A stretch of 63,846 bases of DNA, counting the filler, from Platydemus manokwari (lineage: Eukaryota): assembly GCA_037951405.1 (NCBI GenBank). It is 6 parts of 6 records of this genome, joined end to end, with 100 filler letters (N's around TTAATTAATTAA, not from the genome) between each part and the next. Parts side by side here need not be neighbours in the genome. Positions count along the whole stretch, not along the records: positions 14,276 to 24,785 come from JBBMOY011128108.1; positions 24,886 to 33,871 come from JBBMOY011319205.1; 4 more parts are not named here. The stretch is one strand, 5' to 3'. The notes under the pieces are model-generated. The model was not told the origin of the DNA, did no database searches, and worked only from the letters and a program-made list of their open reading frames with translations. A program made the translations under genes and the position numbers. The stretch's first letter is position 1. Every line of letters starts with the position of its first letter. Below, piece after piece: positions 15,090-27,997 of the stretch.

Positions 15090-15602
15090 TTATACACTCA
15101 TGTTTTGAATTCTTCTCTTTCGAAGTTCGATTAAGTCCTTGATAACAAAAGTGAAATATACAACTAAATTGCCCATTATCACAAATTGGAAAGCTGTTGG
15201 CATTATCATCGAATACACGCGACCAAACGAATACTTAATGTTTATTAATGGGACAATATCCATTATAAGTAAGGCAGCAATAACCACACTGCCGATGAAA
15301 GAAAGAATTATAAATACAAATGTTGGAATTACAAATCGCATCTCTCGTTTAAATGAGCAGCATATTGCCAATATTCCTGCTAAACCCAATGCGGCCGTTC
15401 CAAATATCAACATTAAGTTGGAGAAAGCGTTTGCGAAACCAAAGTTCATAATATTTAAAACATAATGGAAACAAAAAACAATAAAGATTACTCCTGAATA
15501 TAGATATTTTTCTATAATATTTCTCGATATTTCATATTGTGATTCGATTGGTTTTTCGGATACGTACTCCAAATTGATATCACCAGGATTGCGAAAGGAC
15601 AT
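15090..15602 (-). CDS. Small four-transmembrane protein (170 aa), family uncertain
   Basis: Intact ATG-to-stop ORF, long for this AT content. Four hydrophobic segments (YLYSGVIFIVFCFHYVL, LMLIFGTAALGLAGILAICC, FVIPTFVFIILSFIGSVVIAALLI, IMPTAFQFVIMGNLVVYFTFVI) and a basic cytosolic tail. Confidence 0.75.
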   Translation of the reverse strand: MSFRNPGDINLEYVSEKPIESQYEISRNIIEKYLYSGVIFIVFCFHYVLNIMNFGFANAFSNLMLIFGTAALGLAGILAICCSFKREMRFVIPTFVFIILSFIGSVVIAALLIMDIVPLINIKYSFGRVYSMIMPTAFQFVIMGNLVVYFTFVIKDLIELRKRRIQNMSV

Positions 15603-17296
15603 TTTTACTAGATATGGACACTGCTAATAAGGTATCGGAATTTTTTGTCTCAAATAAGACTTTCAATGTCTCGTTGAATGATTTTCAATCGACCAATGTT
15701 CAATAACCATTATTAATATCGATAAGAACACAAGTGACTTGATTAAAATGCACATAAAATTTTAAATTCTTTGCTTAATGTTTACTTAAAATGATCTGAT
15801 TTTGTAGTGCTTGGATAGGAAAATCAAATTTTATTTTTACTAAATCTATGTATAGTATGTCTGGAATTTTTTGTAAAATGTTATGGTATTTTTGTGTTAT
15901 CTTATTTATTTATTAAGGCATTATCTAATTTATGATTCAACATCAAATTCCATCCGTTTATCAAAGGTAAGCCGAAGTCTCATAGTTGCTCGACTTTGAG
16001 TCAAACACATATTAATAATAAGGATCCTACAAAAAATCAAGTTACAAATTTCAAAATATGATTTTTCGGAGAAATTGAATAAAAGGGAATGTTATAATTT
16101 TCATCAAATTATCTTACGAAATAAATATTTAAGGAAATGGAAAATAAATATTTTGTTTTGCTTCTATTTATGATTTATCCAGAAAGGCTAGCATTTTAGG
16201 ATTTATTGAAGATAAGTAAAATCCCCTACATCATGTTAAGTTAGGAAGAAATATAAGATTTGGAAAAGTTTTTTATCAAAAATTATATTGAATGACGAAG
16301 GAATAATATTTTTCGATAAAGCTTCTAAATTTTTAATAAATCGTGAGTCATCAATATTTAATGTTAATTCGTTTCAGGTATTTAATTTATTTAATATAAT
16401 TTTGTAATTTTTTATTTTATCTATCATTTTGTTGAGTGAGATGATATTCTGCAAAAAGAAAAACGAAATCGCGCCTTGGAACCCTAGTTTTTGCACTTCA
16501 AACATTTACATGCCTATACAGCCATACAGGCATAGCAATCAGCCAATCATCGAAAAGTTAGATGAAAAACGACATTGGACAAATGGCAAAGCTACACAAC
16601 AACACACATATAGGGATTGACCAATCCCACTCAGGTAAAAACTTAAAACCCAATAAAAAGCAAATATCAAATCAAAATATGATGAAACATGACACAAAAA
16701 ATTGGGCACAGATCACGAATATAAAAATCTATATAAAGGCGGCCAACTTCCAGTTGAAAATCGAGTTTTGGTTGATATTTTGTGAAGTAGGTGTTTAACC
16801 GTGTTAAAAAATGATAATAATAATAAAATAGATATTAAAAATCTCATTTATTAATTTTCAACTATGTTATAAAATGCATTTATTTATATTTCTTAATTAT
16901 AATAAACATTTTTTAAAAATTAGAATAAATTATAAAAAAATTATTTAATTTTATAATTAATTTAATTTAGTAAAATATATAAATATAAATTTTTTAAAAT
17001 AACTTTTAAGCTTTAATAATATGAAATTTTTATTAATTATTTTAAAATGTGTAATGAAACTTTTGAATTTATAAATTGTCTATGTATAAATATTAGTTAT
17101 TTTTAACAAAAAATATAATTTAAAAATTCAACATTTATAGCATATATCATTTGGATATAATTAAAATAATAAAATAAAGTAATTTAAAAATATTTTTTTA
17201 ATTTATTTAATTTTATAACATTTAAACAAAACAATAATAAAGAATATTTGCTAATATATTTGTTTAGATAATTAATTTATTTATTTCATATCATCA

Positions 17297-19834
17297 ATGC
17301 ATCTTAGTAATCATATGTCTTTAAATTCAGCTAGTGGAATTCTATCATTATTGAATGATAAATCTGTAGAGATTAAAGTAAGCCTTAGATTAATAAAAAA
17401 ATATTGTGTTTATAAATTATATTTATAGGGTTTAGCATTAAAGAAACTAGATGAACATGTTGATATGTTCTGGCCAGAAATATCTGAGGAAATTGGTCAA
17501 ATTGAAATTCTATATGAAGATTCAAACTTTGTCTATCATAAATTAGCTGCATTGTTAGCTTCAAAGCTATATTATCATTTGGGTGAATTTCGTGAATCTT
17601 TAAATTATGCTCTTTGTGCTGAAGAATTGTATGATGTTAATGTGTCAAGTGATTATGTTGAAACAATTAATAATAAATGCATTGAAGAATACATTACAAT
17701 GAAACAGAAACACAATTTGCAAAAACATATTGATGGAATTAATGAATTTAATAATTTTTCTCGATTGGAACAATTTGTTAACAGAATGTTTGAAACATGT
17801 TTTCACCATCAACAACATAAACAAGCTATTGGTATTGGAATAGAGAGTCATCGATTGGATATGTTTGAAAGAGCGATTGAAACTGCATTAGATAAAAAGG
17901 AAATGTTGCAATATGCTTTCAAAGTTGCAATGAATTTGGTGTACAATAAGTCATTTCGAAATGAAATTTTAGAAAGAATAGTACGACTCTACATGACTCT
18001 TGCTAGCCCTGATTATTTGAACATGTGTCAATGTTTAATCTTTTTAAACGACTATCACAAAATCGCAGAAATATTGGAAAAATTAATCATGGAATCTGAT
18101 GATTCATCGATTATTGGTTATCAAATAGCTTATAATCTGTATGAGAATGTAACTCAACAATATATGTTGAAAGTTCGAATGGCATTGAAGGAATTGAAAC
18201 ATTATTCACGATTGTTTGATGAAAATAAAATAATGGGAAAAGATCAATGTGGTAAAGAAACTGTATATGAAGATGTTATGCAATTGAATGAGGAAGATCA
18301 AGTAATGAAGAGAAGATTTAGACATTTGAATTCGATATTAACTGGAAAGAAAGTTGTTGAATTAAATTTGGAATTTTTGAAGAAAAATAATAATATCGAT
18401 TTGAAAATTATTGATAAAATTAAAGTTGATGCTAAACATTCAATATTGCACAATGCAACAATTATTGCCAATGGTTTAATGAATTGTGGAACAACATCAG
18501 ATCGGTTTCTAAGAGAGAATATGGAATGGGTTAGTCGAGCTGTGAACTGGGCTAAATTCACTGCAACATCAACAATGGGTGTCATTCACAAAGGTAATGA
18601 AAAAGAAGCTTTGAAATTACTTTCATCCTATTTGCCAAAACAAAATTCCATAGCTGGCAGTATGTACATTGAAGGTGGAGCACTATATGCATTAGGTTTG
18701 ATTCACGCCAATCATGGTGGAGATGAAATGATTGAATATTTGTTGAGAAATTTACGAGATGCAATTACTGAACCAGTTCGACATGGAGGATGTTTGGGTC
18801 TCGGATTAGCAGCAATGGGTACTGAACGACAGGATGTTTATGAACAGATGAAGTTGAATTTATATCAAGATGATGCAGTGACTGGAGAAGCCGCAGGTAT
18901 TGGAATGGGATTAGTGATGTTGGGAAGTGGATGTGGTGAAGTTGTTAATGACATGTTGAGCTATGCTAAAGATACAGTTCATGAAAAAATCATTCGCGGA
19001 TTAGCTTTGGGTATGGCATTGACTATGTGCGGTAAACAGACAGATGCAGATACTTTGATTGCACAATTAATTACTGAGAAGGTCGCTATTTTACGATGGG
19101 CAGGAATGGCTACAATTGGAATGGCTTATTGTGGAACTGGTGATAATGATGCAATTAATAAACTACTTCATACTGCTGTTAGTGACACGAATGACGATGT
19201 GAAAAGATGGGCTGTTACGGCTTTAGGATTTGTTTTATTTAAAAATCCTCAACAAATTCCATCTCTTCTTTCTCCACTGAGTCATTCATACAATCCACAC
19301 ATTCGATATGGTGTTGCAATGGCTATTGGTGTTGGTTGTGCTGGTACAGGATTAAAAGCAGCTTTTGAAGTTGTTGAATCTCTTCTTGAAGATTCTGTTG
19401 ATTTTGTGAGACAAGGTGCTTTGATTGCAATGTCAATGTTATTGATGCAGCAAACCAAAGTTACTTGTTCGAAATCAGTGGATTTTCGAGAAAAGATATT
19501 TAAAATAATTTCTGATCGTCATGAAGACCTGATGACGAAATTCGGAGCTATTTTAGCAATGGGTATCATGGATGCTGGAGGACGAAATGTAACAATTTCT
19601 CTTCAAACCAGAATGGGAAATACTAATATGACTGCTGCAGTCGGTCTTTTGGTTTTCCAAAATTACTGGTTTTGGTACCCATTGACAAATTTCATTAGCT
19701 TAGCTTTTACTACAAATTCTGTCATTGATTTAAGGAAAGAGTTGCAAATGATGGATGAAGTAGTTCATGATGATGATGATGTGAAAGAACCACAAGCGCC
19801 TGAATCATTTTTATTTGAAGATGGTGAAAATTAA
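17297..19834 (+). CDS. PSMD1: 26S proteasome non-ATPase regulatory subunit 1 (Rpn2); exons 17297-17377 and 17429-19834, ~828 aa (alternative ATG at 17315)
   Basis: Exon 1 MSLNSASGILSLLNDKSVEIK joins in frame across a 51-bp GTAAGC..TAG intron (17378-17428) to GLALKKLDEHVDMFWPEISE. Diagnostic Rpn2 segments: NWAKFTAT, GGALYALGLIHANHG, HGGCLGLGLAAMGT, SYNPHIRYG, DAGGRNVTISL, WFWYPL. AATAAA at 19882-19887. Confidence 0.97.
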
Positions 19835-20576
19835 TCGCAGAAGGATTAGCCATGATAAATGATGTGAAATGATATTTTTTCAATAAATTGATTGTTTGTT
19901 GTTTATTGTTTTAAGTTATATTAAAATGTAAGAAAATATTTATTTTTCATTATTGTTTAATAATTTTATTACTTTGATTTTGTTTGAAAATGATTTATTT
20001 TTTACACAAATTTTATTTGTCGTGAATTACTGAGGAATATAATTTTCATTATTATTTAATGACATCACATTGTGATCTTGTTTAATAAGTTTATAATAAT
20101 AATATTGAGTTATATAATAATAATGTGTTTTACGGCTTGTGATATTTTATTTTATTCTTAACAGTTTCTAATTTTAACTCTTTGAATATCACTGTTGTCT
20201 TGATCAGTATCTACGAGTCCTTATCAAACCTAAGATACAATCTATAAAACCTTATAATTTCTTTCTTCGTCTCATGACTAATATTTTATGAAGATAGGAT
20301 GATCAGCAACAATGATATTGATGTTTTTAATGCTATCCGTCTCAAATTGTACACTTTCCTATTGCCTATATGATCTATCCCACAAATTCCAAACCAATAA
20401 CGCTTTTTAATACACTAATATTTATTATTAAGACACCCATACAACAATTAAATATAAAAATCACAATTGATTTTCATACTACACTATACGATTAAATACA
20501 TTGGAACGACTTTCCTACAAATTCTGGATAAAGAACGGTAGTTTATGAATGTATATGAACGGTAGAATATGAATGC

Positions 20577-21165
20577 GATAAATTAAAAATAAAGATAAAT
20601 CAATATTGGATATAAAATTTCTTCCAATTGATAAGTTCAGAAGTAATTATATTAACTAACGAAGAGATTTTGAAAACTAAAGATAACAAAAAATGTTTTA
20701 AACAAAATATTTTAAAAATTATGTCAAACAAAATCTTAATTTTATTTCAAAATTCTCAACAAATTCCATCTCTTGTTTCTCCACTGAGTCAATAATTTAA
20801 TCAACACATTCGATATGGTGCTGTAATGATTGTCGGTGAATTTGTAAGAAACTTCATGAGTCTGTCTTTACTGATACTATTGTCATTGTATTGAATCACG
20901 AATAATAAATTCCAGAATTAAAAATAAAATTTATAAGTCATTAATTTGTATTTAGATATTCAGAACTAATTGATATAAAAAAGGAAAAGAAAGAAAATGT
21001 CAAAATGGGATAAATTAAAAATAAAGATAAAACAATATTGGATAGAAAAATTCTTCAAATTGAGAAGTTCAGAAGAAATTATATCAATTAAAGAATAGAA
21101 TTTGAAAACAAAAGATAACAAAACATGTTTTAAATAAAACATTTTAAAAACTATGTTTAACAAAA
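20577..21165 (+). repeat. Diverged ~160-bp direct repeat pair (20577-20733 and 21009-21165)
   Basis: Both copies begin gataaattaaaaataaagataaa-caatattggata and remain alignable to aacaaaa. Offset 432 bp. Confidence 0.9.
20741..20888 (+). pseudogene. Degraded duplicated fragments of the PSMD1 coding sequence
   Basis: 20741-20837 (ctcaacaaattccatctcttgtttctccactgagtca...cacattcgatatggtg) matches ~19233-19330. ~20849-20888 weakly matches ~19688-19727. Confidence 0.85.
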
Positions 21166-21992
21166 AATTCTGGACAAATGTTCCAGTTGTCAATGCTCCA
21201 GAGAAGAGTAGAACCGATTATTCAAGATGGTTGGGATTAACCAGATAAGTTGGGAGAATTTGTGTTTTTGGATATAAATGAACAATGATTTTACATGTAC
21301 TGTATCTTGCTCGTTCTTTGGATCTTATCAATCAGATCGAAAATCAATATTGATGTTCATTTTAGTTGCCAGCCAAATTCCATTTCATTTTAAATAGGGA
21401 TAATTTATTTTATAAGGGTACTTTGAATATTCACGTATTTAAAATAGGGGTAATTTTAGTTGTTAGGTTGAAAATATAGATTAATTTCAGGGTTTAATTA
21501 TAAATTTTTAAATTATAGGTTTTTTATTTATAACTCACTTTTCAAAATTATTTCTATTTAATTTTATTTTATTATGTTAATTGTTAAGAATTCTGTCCAG
21601 AAAATTAAATGAAATAGAAAAACATTATTAATGATAAAAAAATACTACTAATTTACACAAATATTTACATAATAACTATAAAAATTCATCCACAGAAATG
21701 AAAATGGATTCGGAATCATATCTTCTTAATAAGCAATGTCATTATTCCATAAACCCAACATATCTCTAAATTCTTTCTTTTGTCTCTTATTTCTTCTTAT
21801 TCTTAATACCAAGTTTTATTGATTTTGCATTCTTTATTCTTAACTAATTTTATGATTTTCTATTCTTCATTACTTAGATTACACATAAATTTTTATGAGA
21901 TTAAATTGGCCAAATTTTTAAAGGAAATAAAAGAAATGACAGATCTCATGCAGGTCTTATTTCTTTGGGTTTTATGTGTGTATTTTTATTCT

Positions 21993-22153
21993 NNNNNNNN
22001 NNNNNNNNNNNNNNNNNNNNNNNNNNNNNNNNNNNNNNNNNNNNNNNNNNNNNNNNNNNNNNNNNNNNNNNNNNNNNNNNNNNNNNNNNNNNNNNNNNNN
22101 NNNNNNNNNNNNNNNNNNNNNNNNNNNNNNNNNNNNNNNNNNNNNNNNNNNNN
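21993..22153. other. Intra-scaffold assembly gap (161 N, no linker)
   Basis: Plain N run. Confidence 0.98.
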
Positions 22154-23149
22154 TCATTATTATAAGTAGTAAAAAATATTTATCCAGTGTTTATTTCTAA
22201 TTAAAATTTCAGATTATAACAATATAACCTTTGATGATGAATCATCAAAAGGATAATCAATACAGAATAACAAAACCAGACATGAAATATATTTTAATAG
22301 CTTGTGAATATTCATAAATAGATTTACCTTTTGTGAATAAATATAATAATTTTTATATTGAATAAAAATTAAAATTAAGTAAAGATTTTAGTGTGTTCAA
22401 GATTTATTGACATAATGATTTTCGTTTGACATCAGCAATAGAGATCATTTTGTATCACTTACAAATTTATAGTAGTGCTTGAAATTTTTATCTCACCATT
22501 TGAAAGTATATTTCTATTCTATAGAGGTTTGCCAATTACTTCATAACTATTATAAGGAAATCTCAACAGAGCCAATACGATTAACAGATAATCGATGTAA
22601 TTTGTTTTTATATTTAAAGAAGGCACAATAAAACAATCCGACATAATGAAAAAGTAGAAGAATGAAAAGAAAAACCTTGCTAAAATATATATTTGGAAAT
22701 AATCTTAACGCCCACATATTTTAATGACCCAACAGAAAACATTTTGAGACTAAAATCAATTTCTAACAGCTTACATTATCCAACTGACGCAGTACAGCAG
22801 ATGTTTATTATCATTTACAACAAATAAATTCAATAGAAATATTGAAGGCTTGTTGGATAGGTTTTATGGATATTTTGGGAATAATTTGGATAGTTTTTGA
22901 ATGCCTTGACCGCTTTGGAGGAGTTTAGCAGGGTTGATGAAGGTAATGACGATTGAAAATTGGGCAGAAGATTTAAAATAAAAAAGTGGCCAGTTCAGAC
23001 ATATCACAACTAAATAGCGAAGACTCAGAAATCCTCAGAAATTACAGCGTTTATCAATTGAAAACGAATCACGTTTTGAAGAATTATTTATAATCGGTAC
23101 ATTGAAATTATAATGATCATTGTAACGTGTAAGCGACATAGAATCAATC

Positions 23150-23390
23150 AATTTTATAGAAAACACTTGAAATAAAGAAAGAAAATTGAGATGTTGATTG
23201 AAGAAATCGTTCGATACTTGGAATACAAGTATATCTGACTCTAGAACGCATGGGTCGAACATCTCCCATAGGGAAAGGGAATATCAATAACTCAGGTTCA
23301 AACATAATCATCATATCGGGATGAGAATGATTTTTGAGGACAAGAAATTTTACAAAAATGTCAGGGTTGGCACTACGTAAGGTAGAGAGG
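23150..23390 (+). mobile_element. Heavily decayed LINE reverse transcriptase fragment
   Basis: VD/LKKSFDT (one base missing; DxxKAFD motif) followed at plausible spacing by NVRVGTT*G (GxPQG-like). Confidence 0.45.
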
Positions 23391-24785
23391 CCTGTTGTGA
23401 ATATGAGAATGATAAGCCTTCATATATTGATTTATTAAATAATAAAATATTTTGAAACTTGTAACCCAATGCAATACAAGCTACAGATTGTAATGAAATT
23501 TGCATTTTTTGTAAAACGAAATCGATACACAATATTTTACATTTTTCGTTGAAAATTGTGTATTTTTGTAAATTTATTGGAATCATTAGTTGCGATATGT
23601 ATTTACTGTAAATCTAAATCGTGAAATTATAACGATTGAAATATTTTGCTGAATATAACTTGGTTAATCCAATGTTATTTCAGAATTAATAAAATCAAGA
23701 AAATTATTGATTGAATGACTCAATCATTACGTGATTCCATCTAATATAATTTATTTTCTATCGATAAATTAGACGATTTGTAAAAGCACAGAAAATTAAA
23801 CGGTATATTTTGTAATAAATAAATAAGTATTGATTACACTCAGTGCATGCATTTTGTGATCGATCTAGATAAATAAATAAATATGGAAATGATGAGCCAC
23901 TCATTTCTGCTATCTTCTAACGAATTTGAAAATCTATCGATCACTATTTTGGGAATTTTTGATGAAGAAAGAAATAATGAATTTTATGAAATTATAATTG
24001 GCCAATTCTGTTGAACTCTATTTATTCATATATTCCCATTATGCAAAATTATCAATTCGAATAATATTACAAGAGATGACCTTCGGTTCCATGTTATCAT
24101 CAATAGAGCCTCATTTAATATATATTTCCATTTGTTGTGCACATGCATGTTTACAAAAATGATTTGTATGTTTTAAATTGTTAATCATTAAATTCTTTCG
24201 ATCTTCACATTGTTTCCCCTGCATCTTCTATACAACTTTGTCATATCTTTATTGGATCGTTTTTATATTTTTTCACATTTTCTTCTTTTTATTTTACGTT
24301 CCTGAGAATCAAAAAGAGAGGGCTCCGTGTGACTCGTTACCTTTTAATAATGAATGCCATGGCAACGTAATACAAAGTCACTAAACCAAATTATATTTTC
24401 ATTACAATTATTTAAACAACTAATTACTTGAAAAATATTGATTAAAATTTTTTCAAATATCAATATTTTATAAATCGTTACATGCGTTCACACAAATCTA
24501 AAGTATTTTTGTTTATGAGTTGGCAGAATAAATAATTTTTGATGATATATTATGAAGTGACACAGAGTTATTGATTTAATCACATTTCTGTCGACATTTT
24601 GACAATTCTTGAATACATTTATGCCATTGATATATAGGTGTAATAACTCTACGTGGGTAACATTTTTTGTAAGCGTTCATACATTCTTTCTCGCAAGGGT
24701 TACCGGAAACTGAGCAACAGAGTACAAACATTGTAACGATAATCAGCAAATGGACAAAACCTTTCTATATAAAGATAATGCAGAT

Positions 24786-24885
24786 NNNNNNNNNNNNNNN
24801 NNNNNNNNNNNNNNNNNNNNNNNNNNNNNTTAATTAATTAANNNNNNNNNNNNNNNNNNNNNNNNNNNNNNNNNNNNNNNNNNNN
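24786..24885. other. Artificial contig-join spacer
   Basis: TTAATTAATTAA at 24830-24841 between 44-N runs. Confidence 0.97.

Positions 24886-24953
<68 letters not shown>
24886..24953. repeat. (TTA)n microsatellite at contig end
   Basis: About 22 perfect TTA units abutting the gap. Confidence 0.95.
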
Positions 24954-24955
<2 letters not shown>

Positions 24956-27900
24956 ATAAAAAAAAAACATTTTCAAGTTTCAAAGGTTTGATCAATAATA
25001 TCAACCTAAGAGTTTAAAGGTTCGATTAATAATGTCACAGTTTCGTTGTCATGTATTTGATTTAGTTGAGTAGAAGGCTTTGGAATTAGTTTCGATTTAT
25101 TAATATATAAGTGTATACAACAATTATCACCTACATAATCCTAGAACAATTTTAAACTTATACAAATTTTCAAATCTAGTTAATAATTAAACCAAGGCAG
25201 GAATAATAAATTAATAATTATCTTGGCGACTAAAAAATCTGATAACGATATCAAAACTGAAAGCATTAAATAGAAAAAACAAAGTTGTTCGTTTACCCTC
25301 TAAAATCAAAAGATAGAAACAATAATTTAAAAATAAGGAACAATTATCTAAGAGTTTTAAATTAAATAATAAGACCTAAAAGAAAATAATTTTTGATATT
25401 TTAAATAATTCAGATCTTTCTCAAAAACTATCACTGTTATTTTAACACAGTAAAATAATATTATTTTGAATGTATAATTATATATAATTGTATAATTGTT
25501 CAATTGTATAAACATTAAGCGCGAAGACTGTTAATCTATAATCTTTAGCTGGAATACCGAATAACCTTGTTTACCAGGGCACCTGATGAGAACGATCCAA
25601 GAAAAGAAATCGACCCCATGGCCATGACAGTGTGGATAAACGGATATCTGAATATCATTGGCTTTACTATGACAATTGATTCGAATAATAATTTCTTTGT
25701 ATGCGCGCTAAATCTTAAGCAATTATATTTCAATGAACGTGTTGTTATTTATTTTTGGAATTGATTAAGGTTTTAGTTTTTGTTAATTGATTGGAGCTGA
25801 TCTGTATCCATGGTGCTATTATTGTGATCAAGTTTTGTTATACGAAAAATTGAAAATCTTGAAAAAACACCATTGCTCTATCTCACTCATTTAGAAAGTC
25901 ATTTTTAATTTCAACTATATTTTCAACTGTCCGAGCCAATTTTATGACCGAAATAACAATCAGAGGCAGTCATTGTTGGGCACACTAATATATTATCCAT
26001 TTTGGGGTAACGAAAAATTATTTGAAGTTCGAGATACAATTCAAACTCAACTAATCAATGAAAGAGTATAAATATTTACAATCGATCACATTTAGGATAA
26101 TATTATTTGAGTTAGATTCAACTCCAATTATATTCATTCAGATTTTGATTGAATGAACTACTGAGAAATTCTTTATATTGAATTATCAGATTTTCTTTAA
26201 AATTTTGGGATTTATAACTAAATAGATTTCATACATTAAAAAAGATTATTTTTCTTTCAATTGATATAAAATAATGTATTTTATTAAAAGCAAATTCATC
26301 GACACAAAGCATCAAATAATTCACAAAGATATTTAGGACTTATCATTTGTTAAATTTAATATATACTTTTAAAATTTACGAACTTAATGACTTACGTGGG
26401 CGGATGTTTCAACAACAATAATACAATCTATTCATAAAATTTATTCATTTTGCAAACTTATCATAATATCGATTATAAAAATTGATAAAAAACTAATAAT
26501 TGAGCAATTGAAGTAAATGGTCAACACTCAAACACTCAGAATAATTACTCTAATCGATCATCAAAGATTTTCAATTATCTAAGCTAATAAATTCCATAAA
26601 ACATTATTTTAAATATTGTCTAAAAACGACTGTAAATGACGATTATTAAGAGTTTTAGATGTTTCATTAGACCACTGGACCGAGACCAATTATCAAATTC
26701 TCAAACAATTCACATTTCACAAATTCCATACTCACAGTCGATATAAATAACTACTGTTAATATAGATTGTTTGCAACAGTTGGTTCTCATATAATTTTGT
26801 TAATTAAGTTTTATTTTAAAGCCCAGTTTTGTTTGGTATATTTGGATAGCTTATTCTGTCCAGCTTGGACTTGACTGTTAGAAAAACATTTGAAGATAAA
26901 ATTGTCTGAATTTCTATAATTAAATTAAATTTTAATCACATTAATTACCGAAAAATAGAGATTTACTAACAGAAATACCATTAAAAATTTAATTTACAAT
27001 TTAATTTATTAATTAAGTCATTTTACAAAATAACTTCACAAATATTTAGTGGTAATTCAAAGTGGATCTATCATTAGAAATGTCAGAAAATATGGTAAAT
27101 TGATCAAAGCAGGAAATATCAGTAATTAAAGTAATCAACACGATGTTAATTAAATGATTTAAATTCTGAGAAAATAAATATTAATATGGTGTTTAGGAAA
27201 TACGTAAAATAATTAATTGGAAACGTAAAAAGTATAATTTATATTATTTTGTATTAAGACGATTATGATATTGTCTTTTCAATCATAAATTATGCCTTGA
27301 AAACCAAATTGTTATTTTTAAACATTAAATTGAATAACTTCATTCTGCTGGCCTAGATCCCATTTGCAAAATAGGAATGAATTAAATTTCACTTCTCAGT
27401 TTCAATTTGTGCATTCTAATGATGACAGAAATTCAAAATAAGATAACAAAATTCAGACAATTTATTCCAGATTATTAGTATGTTCGTATTAGGCATTTCA
27501 TCACTCCATTGAATTATCGACGATAACATAGATCTCATCATAATTATCAACCAAATACTGAAATTCGCTCTTTTTATCATAATTGATGCATTAAAAATGG
27601 AATAAAAGCTTATAAATTAATTCTTTAACTCACTACTATTTTACAGCGAATGTATGCTAAGTCGTGAAATTATAGGAAACACACTACTGCAACATCATCC
27701 GTAATAATAAATTATTAAATGGAAAATATTTTGTTGTTATCCCAGTCATGTTGTGATAATGGATATACTACACACTGTCAACTTTCATAATCTAACGACT
27801 CCCACGCAATACTTTATCAAATAAACATTTTTTGTCCTATATATGCTGTTTTCTAAAACATGATAACACAACAGGTCTTCATACATTTCAGTTTTATTCT

Positions 27901-27997
27901 CTAAAAACTTTCTAAGTGTTTGAACGACTCTTTTAAAGCTTTCGTACATTAACTCAACTGCTGAGTTCATAAAAATTTATAAATTTCGAATAAATAA

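Noticed and set aside
15139-15465. 108-aa plus-strand ORF
   Set aside because: Antisense shadow of the four-TM gene.
16429-16798. Two overlapping short ORFs upstream of PSMD1
   Set aside because: No recognisable motif or splice structure.
17645-18764. Minus-strand ORFs within PSMD1
   Set aside because: Antisense shadows of a conserved coding exon.
21819-22200. ORFs containing poly-X
   Set aside because: They are open only because they cross an N gap.
25545-25764. Possible RTE-like LINE 3' end (YQG...RNRP / WING...GFTM)
   Set aside because: Similarity too short and degenerate to call.
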